DNA of 64,000 bases from an uncultured Planctomycetota bacterium (GTDB lineage Bacteria; Planctomycetota; UBA11346), in assembly GCA_903902515.1 (NCBI GenBank), contig CAIUVD010000326.1:2350-66349 (forward strand). The letters run 5' to 3'. The notes under the pieces were generated by a model that saw nothing but the letters and a program-made list of their open reading frames with translations, was not told where the DNA came from and did no database searches. Below are positions 19,942-29,005 of the stretch, piece after piece; within the stretch, counting starts at the first letter, position 1; each line of letters starts with the position of its first letter. The translations under genes and the position numbers were made by a program.

Positions 19942-22902
19942 ATGCGCCTGCCCCTGACCACTTCCCTGCTGGCGTTAGCGACATGGGTCGGGGCCGCCGA
20001 AGGCCCCCTGCTGACCCGCCCGGGGAACGACCTGGCGGTCATCAACACGCCCCATCTGCGGGTGATCGTGCCGGCGGCTCAGGCTGAGGCCCTGGGGCCC
20101 CTGGCCCAACGGGCCGATACCCTCTACGCCCACCTCGCCCTGGAGGCGGGCTATACCATCACCCGACCCCTGACCCTGATCGTCAGTGATGATGCCGAGG
20201 ACCATAACGGCTTCTCGTCGGTCGTGCCTAACCGGATTGTCCAGGTGGAGTTGGCCTCGTCCCTGCCCCGCAGCGGGATTTTTACCGGCGTGGATGAAAC
20301 CGAGCGGACCCTGGTCCACGAGTTCGTCCATCATATCAGCAACGACCGTAATTACGGTTTTCGGGGCGTCCTCGAACGGATTTTCGGGCGCATCTACCCC
20401 GATGAGTTCCTGGGTCTCGGGGTGGCCTACCTCTCGGTCCCGGCCCATGTGACCATGCCATCCTTCTGGCACGAGGGCATCGCCCAGTGGGCCGAAACCG
20501 CCTATGCCGACCCGGCCTCACCCTGGGCCGGCCGGGGCCGGGATAGCCTGACCCACCTGGTGTGGCGCCTGGATGCCCAGGCCGGAGAGATCCCCTCGGC
20601 CGACGCCTGGCGGGCGACCTACCACCGCTGGCCCTACGGCAATCGCGTCTACCTCTACGGCCTGGCCTACACCCGTTACCTGGAAGCTGCCTACGGGAAG
20701 GCTCCCGGCCTGTGGTCCTTGATCGAGGAACAGGGCCGAGGTTGGGCCTTTGAGTTCGATGACGCTCCGCGCCGACTCACGGGTAAACCCCACGCCGTGA
20801 TGATCCAGGAAGCCCGGCAGGCCCTGTTAATCGAACAGCAGGGCCACCTGGCGACCTTGGGCTCTCGACCGCTCACCAGCCTGCAACGCCTGACCCCCCC
20901 AGAAACCCTGGTGGCCGCCCCGGCGTGGCTGCCCGGCGGCGGGCTGCTGGCGGCCTACCACGACATCTACGACATCCCCACCATGATCGTCCTGGAGCCC
21001 GATGGCACCCTGGTGGATCTGGATGTGATGGCCTGGGATCGTGGTGAAGCCCGCAGTGTGGGGGATGGGACGGCGGTGTGGGCGGAATCCCGGCACAGCA
21101 CCAATCCCTGGCGGCGAAGCCGCATCATGCTGCGCTATCCCGATGGCGCGATCCGCCACCTGGAAGGCGATCGCTGCCGTCAGCCCGACCTACGGCGGCA
21201 GGCCAACGGCCAGGTGGAGGTCACCGCCATTCGCCAGGGTCCCGCAGGTACCCAGGATCTGGTCGTGGGGGCCGTCGGCCAGGCCATCCTCGGTAAACTG
21301 CCGGTGGAATGGCGAACCGTTCCCAGCCAGGGCCGGGCGTGGAGCCCGGCTTTTCGCCCCGGATCCGAGGCGTTGTCCTGGGTCGAAACCGATGCCACGG
21401 GCAGCCGCCTGATCCTGGCCCCCCTCGCCGAGCCGACCAAACGTCAGGTGCTGGCCGAGGTCCGGGGACGCATCATCCATCCGGCGTGGAGCGCCGACGG
21501 CCAGCGGGTGTTCCTGTGCGCCGACCACACGGGGGTCCCCAACGCCTGGTATGTTGACGCCCAAGCCCCCGGAATCCTCAAGCCCGTGACCCACGTGGTG
21601 GGGGGCGTGGTGGCCTGCGTACCCTCCCCCGATGGCAAGGAGCTGGCGCTGGTCGCCTATGACCGCCAGGGCAATTTCCTGGCCCGGATCTCCAACGACC
21701 CCGCCCAATTCCCGACGGAAGTCCCGCGTATCGACCTCGCCTGGCCGGCACCGGTACCGGCGGTCGCCGTGCCCGGACCCGTTCCCCGACCCCTGACACC
21801 CCTGCCAGCCACCACCGGTACCGCACCCCCGGCCACGCCCTACCGGGGCCTCACGGAACTGGCCCCCCTGTTCTGGACCCCAACCACCCAGGTGACGCCG
21901 GTTGGCGGCCTGGGCGTGGTGGCGGTGGCTGCGGATCCTATCAATTCCCACCAGGTGATCGCCAGTCTCGGGGTCGGTGACCATGACCAGACCCTGGTCG
22001 GATCCGCCGCCTACCTGTGCGCCGCCTGGACCCTGGAAATTGGCGTCTTGGCGTGGCGGGATGAACGGACCTACGACAATCAACTCTACGATGGCGCCGG
22101 TAACGGCTACGACCTCGTCGACACCACGGAAAACGTCGAAATTCGGGCTGGTTATGGCCTCCTCGGGCGTCAGCGGCGTTTCCAGGCCTACCTCGCCCTG
22201 GGCCAGGCCCGGACCGAAGAAACCTCCGCCAGCCAGGACCGTCACCAGGGCCAGACCCTGTTTAACCGGCCCGCTTTTGCCGGCCGGGAAACCTACGTTG
22301 AGGGCACCCTGGCCTTCAGCAGCAACCTCCTGTTTCCCACCAGCTACACCCGCGAGGACGGCACCCTGGCGGCGGCCACGTGGCGCTCGAGTGGCTTTGG
22401 CGGGGACCTGGAAGGCCAGCGACTGGTCGCCCGGGCCGCCCACACCATCTCGGTCTGGCCCTCGGCCGGACATCAATTGGTGGTCGGCGGCCTGGTCGGC
22501 TGGACCAGCCAGGATGCAACCCGGACCCTCCAGGGTCGCTTCGCCGTGGGTCCGCCCAGCACCCTGGGCATTCCCCGGGGTTACCACGAAACCGCCGCCA
22601 TTGGCGATTACCTGCTGGGCTGGACCCTGGCCTACCGTTTGCCGGTATGGCGGCCCTTCCGGGGCCTAGGCACCACCCCCTTCGCCCTCCGCCAGGTGGT
22701 GGTCGAGGCTTTCCTTGATGGCGCCAAGGTGATGGCGGACTCCCTCGGTGATCGGGCCCCGTGGTACCGCTCGGCGGGTGGTGAACTGCATCTCGATACG
22801 GAAATCTGGGCCCTGCGCCTAGCCCCGGGCCTGGGGGTGGCCCGCCAACTGGACGGCCCCGAGGACACCGTGGCGTACCTGACCCTAGGATTCGCCTGGT
22901 GA
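19942..22902 (+). CDS. large outer-membrane protein: HExxH metalloprotease-like N-domain, PD40/TolB-like beta-propeller repeats, C-terminal beta-barrel
   Basis: Signal peptide MRLPLTTSLLALATWVGAAEG; LVHEFVHH zinc-binding-like motif; repeated AWSADGQRVF / PSPDGKELALVAY PD40-like units; C-terminus ...AYLTLGFAW (terminal aromatic typical of BAM substrates). Confidence 0.6.
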   Translation: MRLPLTTSLLALATWVGAAEGPLLTRPGNDLAVINTPHLRVIVPAAQAEALGPLAQRADTLYAHLALEAGYTITRPLTLIVSDDAEDHNGFSSVVPNRIVQVELASSLPRSGIFTGVDETERTLVHEFVHHISNDRNYGFRGVLERIFGRIYPDEFLGLGVAYLSVPAHVTMPSFWHEGIAQWAETAYADPASPWAGRGRDSLTHLVWRLDAQAGEIPSADAWRATYHRWPYGNRVYLYGLAYTRYLEAAYGKAPGLWSLIEEQGRGWAFEFDDAPRRLTGKPHAVMIQEARQALLIEQQGHLATLGSRPLTSLQRLTPPETLVAAPAWLPGGGLLAAYHDIYDIPTMIVLEPDGTLVDLDVMAWDRGEARSVGDGTAVWAESRHSTNPWRRSRIMLRYPDGAIRHLEGDRCRQPDLRRQANGQVEVTAIRQGPAGTQDLVVGAVGQAILGKLPVEWRTVPSQGRAWSPAFRPGSEALSWVETDATGSRLILAPLAEPTKRQVLAEVRGRIIHPAWSADGQRVFLCADHTGVPNAWYVDAQAPGILKPVTHVVGGVVACVPSPDGKELALVAYDRQGNFLARISNDPAQFPTEVPRIDLAWPAPVPAVAVPGPVPRPLTPLPATTGTAPPATPYRGLTELAPLFWTPTTQVTPVGGLGVVAVAADPINSHQVIASLGVGDHDQTLVGSAAYLCAAWTLEIGVLAWRDERTYDNQLYDGAGNGYDLVDTTENVEIRAGYGLLGRQRRFQAYLALGQARTEETSASQDRHQGQTLFNRPAFAGRETYVEGTLAFSSNLLFPTSYTREDGTLAAATWRSSGFGGDLEGQRLVARAAHTISVWPSAGHQLVVGGLVGWTSQDATRTLQGRFAVGPPSTLGIPRGYHETAAIGDYLLGWTLAYRLPVWRPFRGLGTTPFALRQVVVEAFLDGAKVMADSLGDRAPWYRSAGGELHLDTEIWALRLAPGLGVARQLDGPEDTVAYLTLGFAW

Positions 22903-23426
22903 ACACCCCCCTACGCCCCCAAAACCTCTGGTACCGCCGCTGGTGGCGGATCTCCGTGCACGCGGTGCGCGGCGTGACGCGGCTCCAAGACACCCCCCAT
23001 CGGATCGCCACCGGGGTCGCCTGCGGTCTCTTTTCCAGTGTGCTGCCGATTCTCGGCCAGACCGTGGTCGGCATCGTCCTCACCCGCCTCCTGCGGGGCA
23101 ACATCGTCGCCAGTCTGCCCTGGAGTTGGATCTCCAATCCCGTGACCTCCCCGCTCATTTTTTATGGGTGTTATCGCGTGGGAATCCTGCTTATCCCCGG
23201 CCAGGAAGTCCTGTCCTGGGTGCAAATGGAGGCCATGGTCACCAAATTCCAGGCCATGGGATTCCGTGAAGCCCTGGCCGAGGCTGCCGGGGTTTTTGCC
23301 GGGGCCGCCCTACCCCTGGGGCTGGGGAGTTTGCTGGTGGGAGCCATCGTCGGCGGCATCGGCTACGCCGGTGCCTGGGGGGTGGTCACCACCATCCAAC
23401 AGCGCCGAGCCCGCTCCACCGGGTGA
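22899..23426 (+). CDS. DUF2062 family membrane protein
   Basis: RIATGVACGLFSSVLPILGQTVVGIVL core; GTG start overlapping the preceding stop by 4 nt. Confidence 0.55.
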   Translation: MNTPLRPQNLWYRRWWRISVHAVRGVTRLQDTPHRIATGVACGLFSSVLPILGQTVVGIVLTRLLRGNIVASLPWSWISNPVTSPLIFYGCYRVGILLIPGQEVLSWVQMEAMVTKFQAMGFREALAEAAGVFAGAALPLGLGSLLVGAIVGGIGYAGAWGVVTTIQQRRARSTG

Positions 23427-23447
23427 AATCCTGGTGTAGACTGCTGC

Positions 23448-25067
23448 ATGCCGGATTCCGCCCTTCCTGACACCGTTCACGCTGTGGACCTGCTGCTGGG
23501 GGCGGAAAGCAGCCGAACCCTGCTCCGTCGGCTGGAAGACCTGCTGACCGCCGCCGAGGCCCTGCCCGCCCGGTTGTACCTCGCGGATATCCAGGGTGCG
23601 GTCTACTACATCGCCGCCGGTTTCGGCTGCTCTCGCGAGGGAGCGGACCTGCCCTTTGACCAACCCCGGACGCCCGGCCAGTTGGTGGTCACCAGCCAGG
23701 GCGAGCCCGTAGGCCTGCTGGAGGTCCCGGCCGCCGCCGCCCCGCGCCTCGAAGCCGTGGCCGGGATCCTGGGCCCCATCCTCGTCCAACGTCACCGCCA
23801 AGACCTGACGACCCACGACCTCCATCACGCCAAGGAACAAATCACCCACCTCCTGGCGGCCGGCGACCTTCTGCGCCACCTCGAAGTCGATACCCTGCTG
23901 GTGAAAATCCTGGAGACCGTTCTGACGGCCGTCCAAGCCCAGGTCGGCGCCGTCGTGGTTCCCGATGACCAGGGCCGACCCAAGGCCCGGGTCACCTGGG
24001 GTCTGCGCGAGGACCACCTCGCCCATATCAAACTGCGCGATGGCCGGTCCCTGGTGGCGGCAACCATGGAAGACGGCCAGACCCGTTGCCTGGATGAGCA
24101 GACCATTCAGCACGACCTCGATCTGACGGGCCTGACCGCCCATCTCACGGGCCTGATGACCCTGCCCTTGACCAGCCGCGGCGCGGTTCGGGGTGCGGTG
24201 ATCCTCGGCAACCCCCAGGAGGCCTTCACCCCGGCCACCAGCCGGATGGCCGAGACGGTCTGCGCCCTGGCCGCCATCGCCCTCGACAACGCTCTGCTGG
24301 TCAAGGCGATGGTCGAAAGCGAACGTCTGAAACAGGAGATGGAACTGGCCCGGGGCGTGCAGGCCGGCTTGTTTCCGGCCAAGGGCCTGCGCACCGGCCC
24401 CCTGGTGATCGAAGGAGCGAGCCGCTCGTGCAGTGAAACCGGCGGCGACTACTACACCTTCGGCGACCGGGGCCGGGACGTGGTGATGATGATCGGTGAC
24501 GTCTCGGGCCACGGCCTGGGGGCCGCCCTGTTCACGTTCATGGCCCACGTCCTCGGCAAACGCCTGTTCCGGGCCAGCATCGACCTGGATCACTGCTTCC
24601 GCCTCCTGAATGAGGAACTCTCCGACTACCAGAGCGGCCGGTTCATGACCGCCGCTCTGGTCGAAATCGACCCGAAAACTTTGGAATTTACCTACGTCAG
24701 CGCCGGTCACAACCCGCTGCTGTGGATCCACGAGGGCAAGGCGGTGTGGCTCGAAAGTTGTGGTTTCCCCCTCGGGATCATGTCGGAAGGCGAATGGCCC
24801 CCCAGCGCGTCCAAAACCCTTTCACCCGGCGACGTGCTGATCCTCTACACGGATGGCTTCAGCGAGGCGGTGGATCCCTCCGGCGAGATCTACACCGAGG
24901 AGCGGCTGGCGGCGGCCGCCATCGCCGCCTGGGAAAAAGGCCTCACTCCGACGGAAATGTTGGTCTCCCTCAACGCCGAGGCCGATACGTGGACCCAGGG
25001 AGCGCCCCACACGGATGACCTGACGATGGTGATCGCCAAGGTCGGCCCTCTGCCTGTCAGCGCCTGA
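23448..25067 (+). CDS. GAF-domain PP2C-type Ser/Thr phosphatase (SpoIIE/RsbU family)
   Basis: Two GAF-like regions, then PPM motifs GGDYYTF, MMIGDVSGHGLGAAL, YTDGFSEA, DDLTMV. Confidence 0.85.
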   Translation: MPDSALPDTVHAVDLLLGAESSRTLLRRLEDLLTAAEALPARLYLADIQGAVYYIAAGFGCSREGADLPFDQPRTPGQLVVTSQGEPVGLLEVPAAAAPRLEAVAGILGPILVQRHRQDLTTHDLHHAKEQITHLLAAGDLLRHLEVDTLLVKILETVLTAVQAQVGAVVVPDDQGRPKARVTWGLREDHLAHIKLRDGRSLVAATMEDGQTRCLDEQTIQHDLDLTGLTAHLTGLMTLPLTSRGAVRGAVILGNPQEAFTPATSRMAETVCALAAIALDNALLVKAMVESERLKQEMELARGVQAGLFPAKGLRTGPLVIEGASRSCSETGGDYYTFGDRGRDVVMMIGDVSGHGLGAALFTFMAHVLGKRLFRASIDLDHCFRLLNEELSDYQSGRFMTAALVEIDPKTLEFTYVSAGHNPLLWIHEGKAVWLESCGFPLGIMSEGEWPPSASKTLSPGDVLILYTDGFSEAVDPSGEIYTEERLAAAAIAAWEKGLTPTEMLVSLNAEADTWTQGAPHTDDLTMVIAKVGPLPVSA

Positions 25068-25101
25068 TCGTCGACGGATTGACGGCTTTCGCGGCGGACA
25101 G

Positions 25102-27849
25102 TTGGATCTAATGTCGGCACCCATGATCGCCCTGCGCCACCTGTCGCCCCTGCTTTTGACCCTGGCCCTGTGGTCGGCCAAGGAGCCGCTGCCGTTCCCG
25201 GAGATGGCACCAACCATCGGGACCCTGCTCCAGCGCAATTATTACGATCACCAGCGCTTCCAACCCCGGCTGATGGTGGAACGGGCCCTGCGGTCCCTGG
25301 AACGCGCGGAAATCACCATTGAAGCCCAGTGGAAGGATGGCGTCATCCGCATCCGTCACGAGAACGACCAGCGCACCATCCAGGCCCCGGACCCCCGGTC
25401 CCTGGAAGAAGCCATGATCTTGATTGAGGCCGTGCGCGGCGAACTCGACCGCACGCCCCTGACCAACACCCGCAAGCGTGAACTGACCTACGCCATGCTC
25501 AACGGAGCCCTGGCGACCCTCGATCCCCACACCGTTCTGATGCCCCCGGAGCCAGCCCAAAACTTCAGCGAGGATGTGGCGGGCGAATTCTTCGGCATCG
25601 GCGCCTACCTGGCCCAGAATGAGGGCATCATCTCCATCGAACGGGTCATGCCGGGTCTACCGGCCGAACGGGCCGGCATCGAGGACGGCGATGTCATTCT
25701 CGCCGTCGATGGAGAACGGACCGCCGGCCTGTCCCTGCATCAGGCCGTCAAGCGCATCAAGGGCCCCAAGGGCACCACCGTCTCGCTGACCCTCCACCGC
25801 AAGGGCATGCCCCAACCCATCGTCATCGCCGTGGTCCGCGACCTCGTGCAAGTGGTGACCATGCGGGCGTGGCGCCGCGACAGCATCGGCTATGTGCGGA
25901 TGGATGAGTTCAACGCCAACACCGCCCGGGATCTGGCCACCGCCCTCCTCGAATTGGAGCGCAGTGGCCCCCTGAGCGCCTTTGTCCTCGACCTGCGCTT
26001 CAACCCCGGCGGTCTCCTCGACCAGGCCAAACTGATCAGCGACTTCTTCCTGCCGGCCGGCAAGGAAATCGTCCGCACCGTGACCGTCGACGGCGACCCG
26101 CACATCACCTCCTCGTCACGCCAGACCCTGCTCGACGTGCCGATGGCCGTCATCACCTCGGGGGGAAGCGCCAGCGCGGCGGAAATCCTGTCGGGCTGTC
26201 TCCAGCTCAACGACCGGGCGGTAGTCCTCGGGACCACCACCTTCGGCAAGGGTTCGGTTCAGACCGTACGCCCCCTGCGGGACAACAGCCGCCTGAAACT
26301 CACCATCCAGGAATATCAGCTCCCCGGTGGCGTCTCGATCCAGGACGTGGGCGTAACCCCCGATGTGCGCCTGGTTCGGCACATCGTCGACAAGGATGGC
26401 AGCGTTGACCTCCTGCCCTTCAGCCCTCACCGGGAACACGACGAGGAATTCGCCCTCGCCAACCGCAAAGCCTACGCCCACCAGGCCACGGCCACCATCG
26501 GCTGGCTAGCCCATTACCGCAACAAGGACGAGCTGAAGGTCCATGGCATTGCGTCCCGTAGTTTCTCTCCTGACCAGGAGGCGATGCTGGTTCTCGACCT
26601 GATGGCCGCCGCCGCCAGCCAAGCCGACTTCGCCACGACCGGCCAGGCCGCGGTCAAATCCGGCCAGGGCCGCCGTTTCCTCCTTGATCGCCTGACCGCC
26701 CCCCTGCGGGAGCGGCAAGCCCGCGAGTCCGCCGCGCTGACCGAAGCCCTGGCCAAGCAGCCCCAGCCCATCACCTGGGGCCCGGAAACGGCCGTCGACG
26801 GCCTCCAGGTGTCGTTCGCCGGACCGGCCCAGATCCAGGCCGGCACCGATGCCGACCTGCGTTTCACCATCACCAACCCGTCCGACGTCCCGGCCGGTCG
26901 GATCTTCGGGATGATCGAGGCCGACATCGCTTCGCCCCTGTGGGAGGACGAACTCGTCGTCGGGGCGGTGCCGGCCCGCGGCACCGTCGAGGCCCGGCTG
27001 CACTTCCGCGTCCCCCCCCGGCTCTACGCCGGCGAGGAGCGATTCACCCTGGTCCTGCGCCATGATGGCCAAGAAGCCCCCCTCGCCCGCCTGCCCATCA
27101 GCCTGACGGTCGTGCCCCAGGAACGGCCCCATTTCGCCATTTCGTGGTCCATGACCCCGACGATCCTCAAGCCCGGCGAGCCCGCCTCCCTCGGTCTGCA
27201 GGTCCTGAACGATGGTTCCGGTACCTCGGCCCCCCTGAAGCTGCGGGTCTTCAAGTTGGACGATGCGTTCGTTCAATTGCTCGAAACCGAGCTGCCCTTC
27301 CCCAAGGGCCTGGCCCCCGGCTCGACCGCTCCCCCGGTGTCCGTGCCCCTCACGATTGCCGAGCAAGTCCGGGGCACGCCTTTCGCCGCCCATGAAATCC
27401 GCCTCCAACTGAGTCTGGCCGAGGATTTCGAAGATATCGATGATGAATCGCGAACCGATGGTCGCTACCGCTCGGGATTCGGCACCACCCTGACGATTCC
27501 GGTCGGCCAAGCCATCGCTCCCCGGTCCCTGGTGCCTCCGCGCCTGGCGACACGGGAGGTCAAGGTCGATGGAGGCATCGCCCACATCCGGATTCGCCTC
27601 GACGACGACAATCCCCGCTGGCTCACGATCCTCCGCAATGAGGACAAGATCGACCTCCGCAGCGTCACCGCCTCGGGGGAGTTCACCTTTGATGTGCCCT
27701 TGGAACCCGGCATCAACAGCGTCCAGGTGGTGGCGGTCGACGCCGACACCCTGGAACAGGGCATCCCCCTGCGGATCTGGGGCGCGGGCGAGAAGCCGAC
27801 CACCAAGCCCGCCGCCAAGGCGCCCCCGGGCAACGAGGTGCTGCCCTGA
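25102..27849 (+). CDS. S41 family C-terminal processing peptidase with PDZ domain and ~480-aa C-terminal extension
   Basis: PDZ (GIISIERVMPGLPAERAGIEDGDVILAVDG), S41 motifs LDLRFNPGG, ITSGGSASAAEI, TTFGKGSVQT; alternative start M8. Confidence 0.8.
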   Translation: MDLMSAPMIALRHLSPLLLTLALWSAKEPLPFPEMAPTIGTLLQRNYYDHQRFQPRLMVERALRSLERAEITIEAQWKDGVIRIRHENDQRTIQAPDPRSLEEAMILIEAVRGELDRTPLTNTRKRELTYAMLNGALATLDPHTVLMPPEPAQNFSEDVAGEFFGIGAYLAQNEGIISIERVMPGLPAERAGIEDGDVILAVDGERTAGLSLHQAVKRIKGPKGTTVSLTLHRKGMPQPIVIAVVRDLVQVVTMRAWRRDSIGYVRMDEFNANTARDLATALLELERSGPLSAFVLDLRFNPGGLLDQAKLISDFFLPAGKEIVRTVTVDGDPHITSSSRQTLLDVPMAVITSGGSASAAEILSGCLQLNDRAVVLGTTTFGKGSVQTVRPLRDNSRLKLTIQEYQLPGGVSIQDVGVTPDVRLVRHIVDKDGSVDLLPFSPHREHDEEFALANRKAYAHQATATIGWLAHYRNKDELKVHGIASRSFSPDQEAMLVLDLMAAAASQADFATTGQAAVKSGQGRRFLLDRLTAPLRERQARESAALTEALAKQPQPITWGPETAVDGLQVSFAGPAQIQAGTDADLRFTITNPSDVPAGRIFGMIEADIASPLWEDELVVGAVPARGTVEARLHFRVPPRLYAGEERFTLVLRHDGQEAPLARLPISLTVVPQERPHFAISWSMTPTILKPGEPASLGLQVLNDGSGTSAPLKLRVFKLDDAFVQLLETELPFPKGLAPGSTAPPVSVPLTIAEQVRGTPFAAHEIRLQLSLAEDFEDIDDESRTDGRYRSGFGTTLTIPVGQAIAPRSLVPPRLATREVKVDGGIAHIRIRLDDDNPRWLTILRNEDKIDLRSVTASGEFTFDVPLEPGINSVQVVAVDADTLEQGIPLRIWGAGEKPTTKPAAKAPPGNEVLP

Positions 27850-27855
27850 TGGGGG

Positions 27856-28914
27856 TCAGACCCGCTGCTGAACGCGCTTGGTCGGAGCCGGATTCCACCA
27901 CGCATCGATGCTCGACATGATGCGATCCCGCAGCAGGTAGGCGAGGACCAGGAAGATCACCAGACTGACCCCCACCAGCAGCCACCGCAGGGGTTCTGGC
28001 AACCCCGGGCCAGACGAGGACGGGCTGGCCCGGCGGGCTTTCAGGCCAGCGACGCAGGCCAAATCTTCTTCGAGGTCATTGAGGGTCTGATAACGGCGCT
28101 GGGGATTCTTTTTCAGGCAGCGTTGGATGACGGCGAGCATCTGCGGATCCATACGCGGGAAGCGTGGCTCCTCCTCGCAATGCATCTTCAACAAAACATA
28201 GGGATCCGTCGAGGTGAAGGGCGTGTCGCCGGTGACCATCTCGTACAGGATGATCCCGAGACTGTAGATATCCGACCGCTCGGTAACGTCCTTGGTATTC
28301 TGACACTGCTCGGGGCTCATGTAGAGCGGCGTGCCCATGATCTGGCCAGTCATGGTCAGTTTGGTGCGCTTCACGTCGAACAGTTTGGCCAGGCCGAAAT
28401 CGGCGACCTTGACCACCAGACCCTTGCGGATGTTGCCGATGATGAACCCACCCCGACCGTCCCCGGGACGGGTCAGGAGGAGGTTTTCTGGCTTGAGATC
28501 CCGATGAACGGTGGCCGCCTCCCGCAACCCCCGCAAGACCATGATCGCCACCCAGGCGGCCTCGGCCACGGGCAGGGACTTCCGCTTATCAAGCAGGTCC
28601 CGCAGGCTGCCCCCCGCCATGTGCTCCATGGCCACATAGGGGAACTGGTGATGCTGGCCGGTGGAACGGTACCCGACCACATGGTGACTGTTGCGAGCCT
28701 TGCGCAAAACCTCGCGCTCACGCTCAAAACGCGGGAGATCGCTGGCATTCTCCAAAACCTTAATGGCCACCAATTCTTCAGGATTCGACAGGAGCTGGCA
28801 GCGGAACACGCTGCCGCAACCACCCTCCCCGAGTTTCTTCACCACCCGGTATTTGCCGTCGATGATGTCACCCTGATTGACCCGTAACTTCAATTCCAGG
28901 GGCTGGGCGGGCAT
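27856..28914 (-). CDS. Ser/Thr protein kinase (Hanks-type) with C-terminal TM anchor
   Basis: GEGGCGSVF, AIK, HRDLKPENLLL, DFGLAK, SPEQ, DIYSLG motifs; ORF 27856..29676 trimmed to MPAQPLELK because the N-extension overlaps divergent folC. Confidence 0.85.
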   Translation of the reverse strand: MPAQPLELKLRVNQGDIIDGKYRVVKKLGEGGCGSVFRCQLLSNPEELVAIKVLENASDLPRFEREREVLRKARNSHHVVGYRSTGQHHQFPYVAMEHMAGGSLRDLLDKRKSLPVAEAAWVAIMVLRGLREAATVHRDLKPENLLLTRPGDGRGGFIIGNIRKGLVVKVADFGLAKLFDVKRTKLTMTGQIMGTPLYMSPEQCQNTKDVTERSDIYSLGIILYEMVTGDTPFTSTDPYVLLKMHCEEEPRFPRMDPQMLAVIQRCLKKNPQRRYQTLNDLEEDLACVAGLKARRASPSSSGPGLPEPLRWLLVGVSLVIFLVLAYLLRDRIMSSIDAWWNPAPTKRVQQRV

Positions 28915-29005
28915 GGCTCGGCACCCTATGGCCCGGCGAAGGCTGCCAAGACTACCACCCGTCGGCCTCCATTGACTGTCCTCCGGGCCGGCACGCTTCC
29001 CCACC

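Noticed and set aside
21190-22587. 465-aa - strand ORF
   Set aside because: Antisense to the large OM protein gene. Low-complexity translation.
26506-27585. 359-aa - strand ORF
   Set aside because: Antisense to the S41 peptidase gene.
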